Positions 19,494-28,408 of a stretch of DNA of 64,000 nucleotides are shown here, piece after piece; within the stretch, counting starts at the first letter, position 1, and each line of letters opens with the position of its first letter. Where the stretch lies: the IMG/VR virus record IMGVR_UViG_3300014205_000174; one strand, 5' to 3'. Origin of the DNA: a virus (Duplodnaviria; Caudoviricetes). The notes under the pieces were generated by a model. The model ran no database searches, was not told where the DNA came from, and was given only the letters and a program-made list of their open reading frames with translations. The position numbers and the translations under genes are program-made.

Positions 19494-20816
19494 ATGGCCG
19501 CAGAATTAATTGGCTTTAGAGATAGTCCAAGGGCATATACGGATTATACAATACAGACCTTTCCTGACTGGCGGGCCTTGGATGCGTTTGCAAAGAAGAT
19601 TGATGCGGTATATCCTGATTCTGTTGCCAAAGAAGCGAATGAGAATTATAAAAAAGCAGTAGATAATTTGCTAATTAATGGCCAGAGCGGCACGAGCCGA
19701 TTAAGTCGCGCGAATTTCGGTCTGTTTGGTAAAGCGCCCAATAGCTTTGATGATGGCATGAAGCGAGACCATTTCGTGTATTACGAGGAGTATAAAAAAA
19801 TAAAAGAAGCGGTAGACAAGAAAATACGCGAAGAATTAGCAAAGTCGTCAGTAGCCGAGGCTATGAAGCCAAGATTGGTTTTTAACGACCGTGAACTGGG
19901 TGAGTTTGTTTATGAGCGTGCGGCAATGTCACTGGTGCCCGAACTGTATTATTACTCTCCGTCTCAAAAAAGAGAGATAAACGCCAACGAGGAAAAGGTA
20001 ATTCCCGTCGGTGACAAATACAAGCTGGAGGCCGACGGCAGCGAGGTGGTTTTTGTATTCAAAGTAGATTTGCCGGACGGTGGGATAGAATACGTGGAAG
20101 CTGATGGCGAAGAAAGTTTGCTGAGAGCCAATAGCCTTGGTATTATTAATGTCTCCAGCAATAATAAAAAAGTGTACCTCTATAAGGAAAAGAAACCAAA
20201 GGTACACAATGCGATAAAAATCATAGTGGGCCTTACGGCAGGAGGATTTACCAACTGGGACAATGATTTTTATACCGGTGTGGCCGCTGGGTGTGCACTT
20301 GAAATTTTAGAGAGCCTTGGTTATACAGTCCATATAGAAGTGGTGCTTGGTGGCGGAAGATGCCAGGGTTGCAGGGTAGGCAGTAGCCCAGGGCTTAATT
20401 TTCCAACTAAGTATGGCCGCAGGTTCTTTTCATTTGCCGCTAAAACATTTGACGACCCGGTAGATATGGATGGCCTACTGTATACTATGTGCGACCCATC
20501 CTTTCACCGGATAAAATTTATACCGTATTTAAACTATTTCTATAGCTTGTACGGGGATGCGATAGACACTGCCGCAAATCCAGCCATGACGTGGCACGGA
20601 ATTGCGCAGGAAGACATGACCAACCCTATAGGTATGTATATCAAGCATCGTGACCATAAGGCCGGTAACGATAACCTGATACACTTTTACATACACCAGG
20701 TAAAAACAGAAGCTGACGTTATTGCTCAGATACTCGACCTTGTGCTGACGGCGGAAAATATTAACATGACAGTACTTAAAAAAGCAGGTTCCCATGAGTT
20801 TGAAGAAGATGAATGA
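19494..20816 (+). CDS. probable vWA-like partner of the MoxR ATPase
   Basis: Directly downstream of MoxR; IKIIVGL..GVAAGCALEILESLGYTVHIEV alpha/beta pattern. Confidence 0.55.
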   Translation: MAAELIGFRDSPRAYTDYTIQTFPDWRALDAFAKKIDAVYPDSVAKEANENYKKAVDNLLINGQSGTSRLSRANFGLFGKAPNSFDDGMKRDHFVYYEEYKKIKEAVDKKIREELAKSSVAEAMKPRLVFNDRELGEFVYERAAMSLVPELYYYSPSQKREINANEEKVIPVGDKYKLEADGSEVVFVFKVDLPDGGIEYVEADGEESLLRANSLGIINVSSNNKKVYLYKEKKPKVHNAIKIIVGLTAGGFTNWDNDFYTGVAAGCALEILESLGYTVHIEVVLGGGRCQGCRVGSSPGLNFPTKYGRRFFSFAAKTFDDPVDMDGLLYTMCDPSFHRIKFIPYLNYFYSLYGDAIDTAANPAMTWHGIAQEDMTNPIGMYIKHRDHKAGNDNLIHFYIHQVKTEADVIAQILDLVLTAENINMTVLKKAGSHEFEEDE

Positions 20817-21123
20817 AATTTTAGACAGCATAGAGCATAAGGCAAATATGTTCAGGCTGCAATCGTCATTATCCTATAAAGGAAATGCCGAGGATATGGT
20901 GCCATACAAAGAAAAGATTGTGACCAATGACAAGTACCCGGATTTTTATTTCCTGGTCACGGAGAATATGATTTTTTCCGGCAGCGGTTCGCTAAAAGAC
21001 AGTTCCTACAATGTGTTGTCCTTTAATAAGGATGGCATATTCATCAGGCAGGAAGATGTTGCAGAACTTGGGAAAGAATTTTTCAGAAGTATGAAAATAT
21101 TGAAGGAACTGGAACAAACATAA
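20794..21123 (+). CDS. hypothetical protein
   Basis: Operon-linked ORF. Confidence 0.6.
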   Translation: MSLKKMNEILDSIEHKANMFRLQSSLSYKGNAEDMVPYKEKIVTNDKYPDFYFLVTENMIFSGSGSLKDSSYNVLSFNKDGIFIRQEDVAELGKEFFRSMKILKELEQT

Positions 21124-21135
21124 CAGAACACAAAC

Positions 21136-23271
21136 ATGCGCATAGCAAAAGATGTTTTACAATCTTACAATCTATTCGACAGCTTGCCGCCGGAATTCAA
21201 GTCCCTGTCCGGTGGTGATTACTTTGTTATGTACTATACTACCAATGAAAAAGAACTTAAGCTTAATGTCTTCGACTATGATGTAGTTAAGCAGGTGAAT
21301 GTTTCATTGTACAGGGGGTTGTCCGCCAAGGAAGATAAGAACAATGTGATATCATTAAACATTGCTTACTTTTCGGGAGATACATACGAGACAAGGGACG
21401 GTATTTTCTTCCTGTTCTTAAGGACATATAATTCCGCCGAATCCGTTGAAGCTTTCTACAGGGATATAATGCAGCAGGATACGGCCAGCGATATAAATAT
21501 TTCCATTAACGCAGTAACGGATATATACTCTCCGGATGACTTCCGTAAGTCACTTTCTTATTTCTCGCCAAACAGGATTCAGTCCATCATGTTCGTATAT
21601 GACATGGTAGCTGACGCCTTTAAGCGCCGGCTGTCTACTGATTTATACGGTGGGATGATAAAGAAGGTGGTGAATCTCATTAAGTACGATGGCGGGGTTC
21701 TAAATGAGTTAGGGGGTGAGCTGAGGTACATGGTAATTGGTGAGCACAGCAGGTTGAATAAAAATCAAGCTGTAAAGCTGAATGCTGCAAAAATCCTGCT
21801 TCGCTCCATGCAGTCCCCGGAGGAAATATATAAGAGTACCGGCTGGTACTTCAGTGATAAAGACGGAAAGTGGAGAACGAATATTTCCGACGATGAGGCT
21901 GCAATATCGGAAATATATCTTTCGGACGTGCAGGGCCGGAAATTATACAGGCCCTCTGCCGGTAATTCAACCAACGAGGATGTTTTATCCCTTGTGGGCA
22001 AACCAGAAAGGATATATGCATACAACTACCAGGGTAAATTGTCGGAAGTATTAAAGCACCCGACGCTGTATGAATATTACCCGCAACTAGCAAACCTGCC
22101 AATACTTTATTTTGTATCAGACGACACTACAAGGGATTTCCCGCAGGAATTCTATTATGCGCCTAACGACCGTGGCGGATACATAGTGATAAACGGTTCG
22201 AACCTGTACGGCCCTATACTATCTACGTTGCTGCATGAGACACAGCATGCGGTGCAGCGCATAGAAGATTTTGCTACAGGTGGTAATGAGTTTGTTGCGC
22301 GGTTTGTAGCTTCTATTGGCGGTAAATCAGTGAGAAAAGTATTCTCATCAGTAAACAGACTGGAAAGATTTTTTAAAGAAAACTTACTTTCTGATAGTAG
22401 TCGCATAGAATTACTAGCCAAACTAAATAAAGAAAGACCAAGAAATGATTCTGCGGCATCGGCATTGAATCAGTTGCTGCCATTAATGCAGGACTTTGAG
22501 ACCTACAGCCTTTCGTACAAGAACATAAACTTTCTTCTGGCGATATACATTGCGGAAAATAAAGATTTCGCCAATAATGGAATAGTGATATACCTGAATA
22601 ATATAATTGGGGATATCATTTTTGACCTGATAGGGAATATTTCGTCCGGGTATAATGAAGCGATGGTAGTAATGACCAAGCTGTCCGGCGATGGGTTTAA
22701 GAAGGATGATATACAAACGATACTATTTGCCAGCTATCAGAACCTGTACGGGGAAATGGAAAGCCGCTCGGTACAGGCGTCGAGGTATGTGACCAGTGAG
22801 TATAAGAATTATTTTTGGCTGACGGAATGGGAGCGCTCTCCTATAAAGCAATTGGTAGTCATTGATGGTATAGAGACTGTTATAGATACCAAGAGCATAA
22901 AGGCCGCAGTAGAAAAGAAGGGCGATGAATACGTAATGCACTTTTCTAAGTCAGCCTCCTGTGTTCCCTTCCTGCATGAATTGGGGCACATGGTTCATGA
23001 CGGCATGATTCAGGCGGGGTTTGGGCCAGATATTGAAAAGTGCTACGAGAATAATTATTCATTTGAAGACATTGGGGAGTATTTCGTTAGTCGCTTCCTT
23101 GGGTACATAGGCAAAAACATTGACGACGATAATATTGCCAATGATATGAAAGTGGATTTCTCCATTGACTCGGAGCCCTGCATGAATGAATTGTTTGATT
23201 CTTTTTTTACGGAGTCTGGTTACGATGAGCGACTGGAGTATTTACAAACGTTGTTAGTTTCTATTATATAA
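21136..23271 (+). CDS. polyvalent protein: LPD23-like domain + zincin metallopeptidase (MPTase), with a second HExxH
   Basis: IYKSTGWY..DGKWRTNISD; LLHETQHAVQRIEDFATGGN; YQNLYGEMESR; FLHELGH. Confidence 0.8.
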   Translation: MRIAKDVLQSYNLFDSLPPEFKSLSGGDYFVMYYTTNEKELKLNVFDYDVVKQVNVSLYRGLSAKEDKNNVISLNIAYFSGDTYETRDGIFFLFLRTYNSAESVEAFYRDIMQQDTASDINISINAVTDIYSPDDFRKSLSYFSPNRIQSIMFVYDMVADAFKRRLSTDLYGGMIKKVVNLIKYDGGVLNELGGELRYMVIGEHSRLNKNQAVKLNAAKILLRSMQSPEEIYKSTGWYFSDKDGKWRTNISDDEAAISEIYLSDVQGRKLYRPSAGNSTNEDVLSLVGKPERIYAYNYQGKLSEVLKHPTLYEYYPQLANLPILYFVSDDTTRDFPQEFYYAPNDRGGYIVINGSNLYGPILSTLLHETQHAVQRIEDFATGGNEFVARFVASIGGKSVRKVFSSVNRLERFFKENLLSDSSRIELLAKLNKERPRNDSAASALNQLLPLMQDFETYSLSYKNINFLLAIYIAENKDFANNGIVIYLNNIIGDIIFDLIGNISSGYNEAMVVMTKLSGDGFKKDDIQTILFASYQNLYGEMESRSVQASRYVTSEYKNYFWLTEWERSPIKQLVVIDGIETVIDTKSIKAAVEKKGDEYVMHFSKSASCVPFLHELGHMVHDGMIQAGFGPDIEKCYENNYSFEDIGEYFVSRFLGYIGKNIDDDNIANDMKVDFSIDSEPCMNELFDSFFTESGYDERLEYLQTLLVSII

Positions 23272-25133
23272 TGGCCAAAAACGCGACATTAAATAAAAAA
23301 AATGCAGACATCTCTGCCAGCATCCAGAATGAACTGGGCCTGGAGGAGTTGCCGGTAATCAGGTTATATCATTCCGGCGATGAGCTTATAGATAATTTAT
23401 ACCTCACCACGGATAATAAGGGCATTGCCGCGTCATCTACAGGCGAAATTCGCGACCCGAATAAGCCGGCCGGCCCAGCGCGTGGCGGAGGTTCCGGTAA
23501 AGGCAAACAAGGGCAAGGGCAGGGCCAAGGTGGACAGCAGGGCGGAGATAGTGAGGGTGAGGGCGATAATGGTGCAGATGAGCCGGATACTGACGGCATT
23601 AAGCTGCCTGGTGAAGGTGAAGGTGGCGAACCTGGAGATGAAGAAGGCGAGGGTGAGGGTAGTTCTGGGGATGACAATGAAAATGACGATAATGCCGGAG
23701 GTGAAGATGATAACGAAAATAATGATGGAGATTCCGGCGATAGCAATAAAATAAAAGTAGGTGATAAGGTAAGAATCAAAAGTACTAACCAGGAAGGTGT
23801 CGTTACTTTCATGAATGAGGACGGAACATTTGTTGTGTCGCCAGTGCCAGAAGTATCAACCCCAACCGCCGCCGCAGGCATGTTGGTTCCAGAAGGGGTA
23901 GAGGTGCTGGGTGATTTCCCGGCAGACGACCTTGAAAAAATCACCCCCGAGTCTAAGGGTGGCGGTAAAGGGAATTCTAAGCCAGGTAATAAGGGTGGTG
24001 GTAAAGGCGAAGGTCAGGGTAAGGGTAAGCCTGGAGCGGGGGAGAAAGGGCAGGGCGGCGAGCAAGGCGAAGGTCAGGGCGAGGGTGAACAAGGCGAACA
24101 GGGTGAATCTGAGGGTGGCCAGCAGGGCCAGTCCGGGCAGGGCCAGGGGCCGCAGCAAAATCAGCCTGTTCTTGACAGGGAAAGTTTAATTGCCCGCATG
24201 AATGAATTGCGCACAATTACCTTTAAGCTTCCTGCATTTGCATATGCGTTTTACGGAGAGCGCATGGACATTACCCGTAATGAAATGTTCAGCACTAAAG
24301 GCCGTTTGGCCCTGTTGCAGCGCTATGCAAAAAGTGTGTTCAGTAAAAAGACGCCATTCACGACTAAGCAGGCTACTGATTATACGCAAATGATAGGGCG
24401 TTATGATAATCTCATCAGTTTCTACAAGGGTAATGCGGTATTTAGGGACGGTAGTTTTTATTACAATACAGAGAGCGCTTCCTTCCAGCAAATGGAGGAA
24501 ATTCTTAGCGATGAACTGGCGGATACCGGCTTGGGTATTGTATTCGACTGGTTAAAGCCCATAGATGAACTGATTATCCGCGATGAGGAGTTCTACCGGT
24601 TTATGTCTTTGACTGCGTTTCTGAAACCAGCTTTATTTGGCAGCGACTTTTTGCAGGAGCACATAGATTACATGTTCCGTTATTTAAAGATAAGGCAGAT
24701 ACCGTTTACTAACGCCCCTTCTATATCTGTAGTGCACGAAGCGCTTACGTATGAGAAGATATATACCATGATTACCGGCGGGTCATTGAATGTGTATACG
24801 TTATTCAGAACACAAGACCGTAATGATTTTGCGTTCCTGGAAATAAAAAATGCGATAGATGCCACAAGTGGGAATGGCGGGACACCGGCACCAGTTACAT
24901 ACAGGAACTTACTGCTTAGTGACCTGAAGAATGATGCTTTTGATGACAGCGGCAGTATAAGGGTGTATTTTGCTACGGAAATAAGACATTTCTATTATTC
25001 CGCCTTGAATTTAAGGGATAATTCCGGTTATAAAGATACCATTATGAAAAATATAGAATTTGTGTTAGATTTGCAAAACAGTAAAATGAAAGTGCCTTTA
25101 TCCGAATTTGCCTTAGAGGTGGCGATTTCGTAG
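23271..25133 (+). CDS. hypothetical protein with G/E/Q low-complexity tracts and a KOW/SH3-like module
   Basis: IKVGDKVRIKSTNQEGVV between acidic and Gly-rich linkers. Confidence 0.7.
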   Translation: MAKNATLNKKNADISASIQNELGLEELPVIRLYHSGDELIDNLYLTTDNKGIAASSTGEIRDPNKPAGPARGGGSGKGKQGQGQGQGGQQGGDSEGEGDNGADEPDTDGIKLPGEGEGGEPGDEEGEGEGSSGDDNENDDNAGGEDDNENNDGDSGDSNKIKVGDKVRIKSTNQEGVVTFMNEDGTFVVSPVPEVSTPTAAAGMLVPEGVEVLGDFPADDLEKITPESKGGGKGNSKPGNKGGGKGEGQGKGKPGAGEKGQGGEQGEGQGEGEQGEQGESEGGQQGQSGQGQGPQQNQPVLDRESLIARMNELRTITFKLPAFAYAFYGERMDITRNEMFSTKGRLALLQRYAKSVFSKKTPFTTKQATDYTQMIGRYDNLISFYKGNAVFRDGSFYYNTESASFQQMEEILSDELADTGLGIVFDWLKPIDELIIRDEEFYRFMSLTAFLKPALFGSDFLQEHIDYMFRYLKIRQIPFTNAPSISVVHEALTYEKIYTMITGGSLNVYTLFRTQDRNDFAFLEIKNAIDATSGNGGTPAPVTYRNLLLSDLKNDAFDDSGSIRVYFATEIRHFYYSALNLRDNSGYKDTIMKNIEFVLDLQNSKMKVPLSEFALEVAIS

Positions 25134-25162
25134 TTTGTTATAAATATAAATTATCAAAAAAC

Positions 25163-25840
25163 ATGGCATATAAATTCTTTACTAAGCGACTTTTGCAGGA
25201 TGGGTCTGTAGACCTTGCTTCCGTATTCCCGGAAAAGCAATTGATAGCCAAGCAACAAAATAATACGGCCTATGGCTTTCCGGAAATAGTAGACTATCTG
25301 CGCCGGGCTACTGAAGAATTTAAATTTTCCGACCAGAAGTACATCGATATGGATAATGCCATACGTGCTATTATGGCGAAGTACTATACAAGCCGCAATG
25401 AGCCAAATCCATTTGAAGATAGTGAGGTGATTGTCGAAGAGGGTGATTTCGAAAGGGGCCGTATACCAAGAACGCCCGCTATTGTCGAAGAGGGGCACAT
25501 AAGGGGTAAAGGGAAAGACAAAATAAAGCCTGGTGCACCAGATAATGTGAAGCAGGAGTTCGTTAATCCGGATGTTTCCGCGCCAGTATCCACCGGTACA
25601 GAAAAAGTGCTCGATGATGTAGTCCCGGATTCAATACCGCAGGTAGCGCCTGTTGACGACGCTATATCTGAACCAGCATTACCTCCTGTTGAGCCTGTTG
25701 CTGCGCCAACGGCCACTACGGAAGAAGAGCCGTCAGCTCAGGAAATATTGGATGCCATTGAAGTGCTGCAATTTCTTGTAGATGATGGTGATGAGAGCGC
25801 AAGAGAAGCGCAGGATGCACTGAAGTTATTGTTACCATAG
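25163..25840 (+). CDS. hypothetical protein
   Basis: 225 aa, Pro/acidic linker. Confidence 0.65.
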   Translation: MAYKFFTKRLLQDGSVDLASVFPEKQLIAKQQNNTAYGFPEIVDYLRRATEEFKFSDQKYIDMDNAIRAIMAKYYTSRNEPNPFEDSEVIVEEGDFERGRIPRTPAIVEEGHIRGKGKDKIKPGAPDNVKQEFVNPDVSAPVSTGTEKVLDDVVPDSIPQVAPVDDAISEPALPPVEPVAAPTATTEEEPSAQEILDAIEVLQFLVDDGDESAREAQDALKLLLP

Positions 25841-25891
25841 TAATCACTGCAATTAACTAACTAACTTTTATCCAATATTAAAATCACACTT

Positions 25892-27919
25892 ATGGATATC
25901 GCAAAAATAAATCAAGACATTGCTACGATAGAAAAAGCGCTAGGCAACCCAGCTCTTAATGAGGCTATGAAAAAAGCCCTTGGCAATAAGCTTGCGGCTT
26001 TGAAATCGCAGATTACCACGGCTGCTGAGGCTTCTGAAAAGAAAGAGGAAGCTGTACAGGATAAATCCGATGATGAGGAAAAAAAGCTGAGAGATGTAAT
26101 AATGAAGATATGGAAGGGCCTGGAAAACAAACAGGTTCCGGAAGCTGCCAAGGGCGCACTTCGTAAGAAACTAAAAGACGCGGAGGCTCGTGTAATTGAA
26201 ATTGAAAAAGAAAAGGAAGCTGCGGCTAAAGCTAAGGAGGACGCGGCCAAAGAAGTAAAAGAGGTAGTTAAAACAGTGGATGCCGCAATAGCTGATGTAA
26301 AAAAGGGTAAAACCGTAAAGAAGGGCTCGATAAAAAAAGCAGGGGAAAAGCTAAAGAAAGTAGCTGCCGGTAAAAAGGAAAGGACGCAAGCTGCTACTAC
26401 GCATGAGAAAAAGTACAAAAAAGAAATCGATGAGCTACTAGCTTTCGTGAAGAATAATCCGAAGCTTAAGGTTGCGTATAAGGGCTATAGCAAAGATAGC
26501 CTGGAGCGTGACGCCAAGCGCCATGCTCTTCCTCCGGGCAAGCGCATATCTGAGTCTGGCAATGTGTACTACGAGCGTCGTAGGAACCGTGTTGACCTGA
26601 CTAAGCGTAAAAGATATCCTTTCTTTGAGGATGGTGGGGAGTTGAAGGAGCATACTGCTACTATTCCAAATAACTATGTATTTGCAACTCCGGAAGAGGT
26701 GTGGGACGGGTGGAATCTGAAACAGCGCAAACACTTCATGGATGACCATAATTTAATCTTCGAGATACAAAAATTAGCAAATAAGTCATTTGCTAAAATA
26801 TCAGCAACGGAATTAGCTGAAGGGGAAGGTTTTGTTGATAAGCTTACAGAGCATATAAAAAGAGGCCAGTACAAATCCGGCGGCAAGCTTAAGCAGGGCA
26901 ACCCGCAGGGTGAGCATTACAGCCAGATGGCGGACAAAAAGAAAGACGCAAAGCCCGTTGGTTGGAGGTTTACCGAAGAGTTTATCAATAGCCGTGCAGG
27001 AAAACGCCTGAATCTTACTTCTTCCAGTAAGCCAACTGATGAGCAGATAGAAAAATACAAGGATAAGGCCTGTGGCGATGGTCGTTGTGTTTACCAGGAA
27101 AAGAGGGCCGACCATAGCGATAAGAATGCGAAGCGTTATTTAGCAGATGGTGGTGTTGTTGGCGACGGGAAATGCACGTACAAAGCATTTTATAAGGGGA
27201 AAGAGATTGATGTAAAAGCAGATACCCAGTACGCTGCTCAGAAAACTGCTGCCACTCACTTTAAGGCTAAAAAAAGTTACGATGTGAATGTTGTAATAAT
27301 GCACGATGGTGATAAAGAGGTGGTGCACTCTACTGCCGGGTTTAAAAAAGGCGGCAAGCTTAAGCAGGGCAACCCCCAGGGCGAGCACTACAGTCAACAG
27401 GCGGACAAAAAGAAAGACGCCAAGCCAGTTGGCTGGAGATTTACCGAAGAGTTTATCAATAGCCGTGCAGGAAAACGCCTGAATCTTACTTCTTCCAGTA
27501 AGCCCACCGAAGAACAGGTAGATAAATACAAGGATAAAGCTTGCGGTGACGGGCGTTGCGTTTACCAGGAAGCAAGAGCTGACCATAGTGACAAAAATGC
27601 GAAGCGTCATTTAGCAGATGGTGGCGATATAGAACATGGTTATAAAAAAGGCGGTAAAATCAAGCAGGGTAGCCCGCAGGGTGAGCATTACACAGAAGGA
27701 GCTGATGCCGTTAAGCATTCAAAGCCTGTGGGCTGGCGCTTTACAAATAAGTTCCTGAAGACACCTGCCGCAAAGCTAAGAAACCTTACTGCCCGCAGTG
27801 CGCCAACGAAGGCGGATATTGCAAAGTACAAGGACAGGACGTTTAAGGATGGGGCGCGTTATCTTTACCAGGAAGCACGTGCCGACCATAGTGACAAACA
27901 AAAGAAGTCTGGGTTATAA
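25892..27919 (+). CDS. Lys-rich coiled-coil polyprotein with three copies of a basic module of about 90 aa
   Basis: K[LI]KQG.PQGEHY..KPVGWRFT..YQE.RADHSDK x3; separators FEDGG, YKSGG, LADGG, FKKGG, LADGG, YKKGG. Confidence 0.8.
   Translation: MDIAKINQDIATIEKALGNPALNEAMKKALGNKLAALKSQITTAAEASEKKEEAVQDKSDDEEKKLRDVIMKIWKGLENKQVPEAAKGALRKKLKDAEARVIEIEKEKEAAAKAKEDAAKEVKEVVKTVDAAIADVKKGKTVKKGSIKKAGEKLKKVAAGKKERTQAATTHEKKYKKEIDELLAFVKNNPKLKVAYKGYSKDSLERDAKRHALPPGKRISESGNVYYERRRNRVDLTKRKRYPFFEDGGELKEHTATIPNNYVFATPEEVWDGWNLKQRKHFMDDHNLIFEIQKLANKSFAKISATELAEGEGFVDKLTEHIKRGQYKSGGKLKQGNPQGEHYSQMADKKKDAKPVGWRFTEEFINSRAGKRLNLTSSSKPTDEQIEKYKDKACGDGRCVYQEKRADHSDKNAKRYLADGGVVGDGKCTYKAFYKGKEIDVKADTQYAAQKTAATHFKAKKSYDVNVVIMHDGDKEVVHSTAGFKKGGKLKQGNPQGEHYSQQADKKKDAKPVGWRFTEEFINSRAGKRLNLTSSSKPTEEQVDKYKDKACGDGRCVYQEARADHSDKNAKRHLADGGDIEHGYKKGGKIKQGSPQGEHYTEGADAVKHSKPVGWRFTNKFLKTPAAKLRNLTARSAPTKADIAKYKDRTFKDGARYLYQEARADHSDKQKKSGL
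26870..27610 (+). repeat. 270-nt intragenic direct repeat (26870-27139 and 27341-27610)
   Basis: Near-identical DNA copies, each starting at a GG motif. Confidence 0.85.
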
Positions 27920-27961
27920 TTGTAGTTTCTGAGTTTAAGAATAAAAACAAACCAAAAAAAT

Positions 27962-28387
27962 ATGAAAAAGATTGAAGCGATTTTCAAAAAATACAGCGCA
28001 AAGCCATCTGACTTATCCGATGGCTTGTTGGCTGAATTTAATGAGCTCCAGGAGGTCATTAAGAAGTACAATAATGCCGTGGATACTTATGAGGCCTCTG
28101 GGGAGAAAGATGCCGATACTGACGATAGCCTTGATGCAATGGAAGATTTGATTGAGGCAAATGAAACCAGTATCGCTGAAAAAATAACCGCAGAGCTGGA
28201 GGCGAAAAAAATCGCAGCAGCAACTCCGGAACCAACCCCAACTCCGGAACCAACCCCAACCCCGGAGCCAGTAGTAACCCCCGAACCGGTTGCCGGCGCA
28301 GAAGAAAGTAAAGATGGGTGGGGATGGTTGATTGCCGGTGCCTTGGGCCTTGTTGGCTTAGGATGGCTGTATAAAAAAAGCAGGTAG
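27962..28387 (+). CDS. acidic helical protein with a PT linker and C-terminal TM anchor
   Basis: TPEPTP repeats (18-nt units from 28221); GWGWLIAGALGLVGLGWLYKK. Confidence 0.75.
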   Translation: MKKIEAIFKKYSAKPSDLSDGLLAEFNELQEVIKKYNNAVDTYEASGEKDADTDDSLDAMEDLIEANETSIAEKITAELEAKKIAAATPEPTPTPEPTPTPEPVVTPEPVAGAEESKDGWGWLIAGALGLVGLGWLYKKSR

Positions 28388-28408
28388 AAATTTTAAATTA
28401 TCTATAAC

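Noticed and set aside
23460-24170. Collagen-like repeat
   Set aside because: Gly-rich but without sustained G-X-Y periodicity; treated as a low-complexity linker
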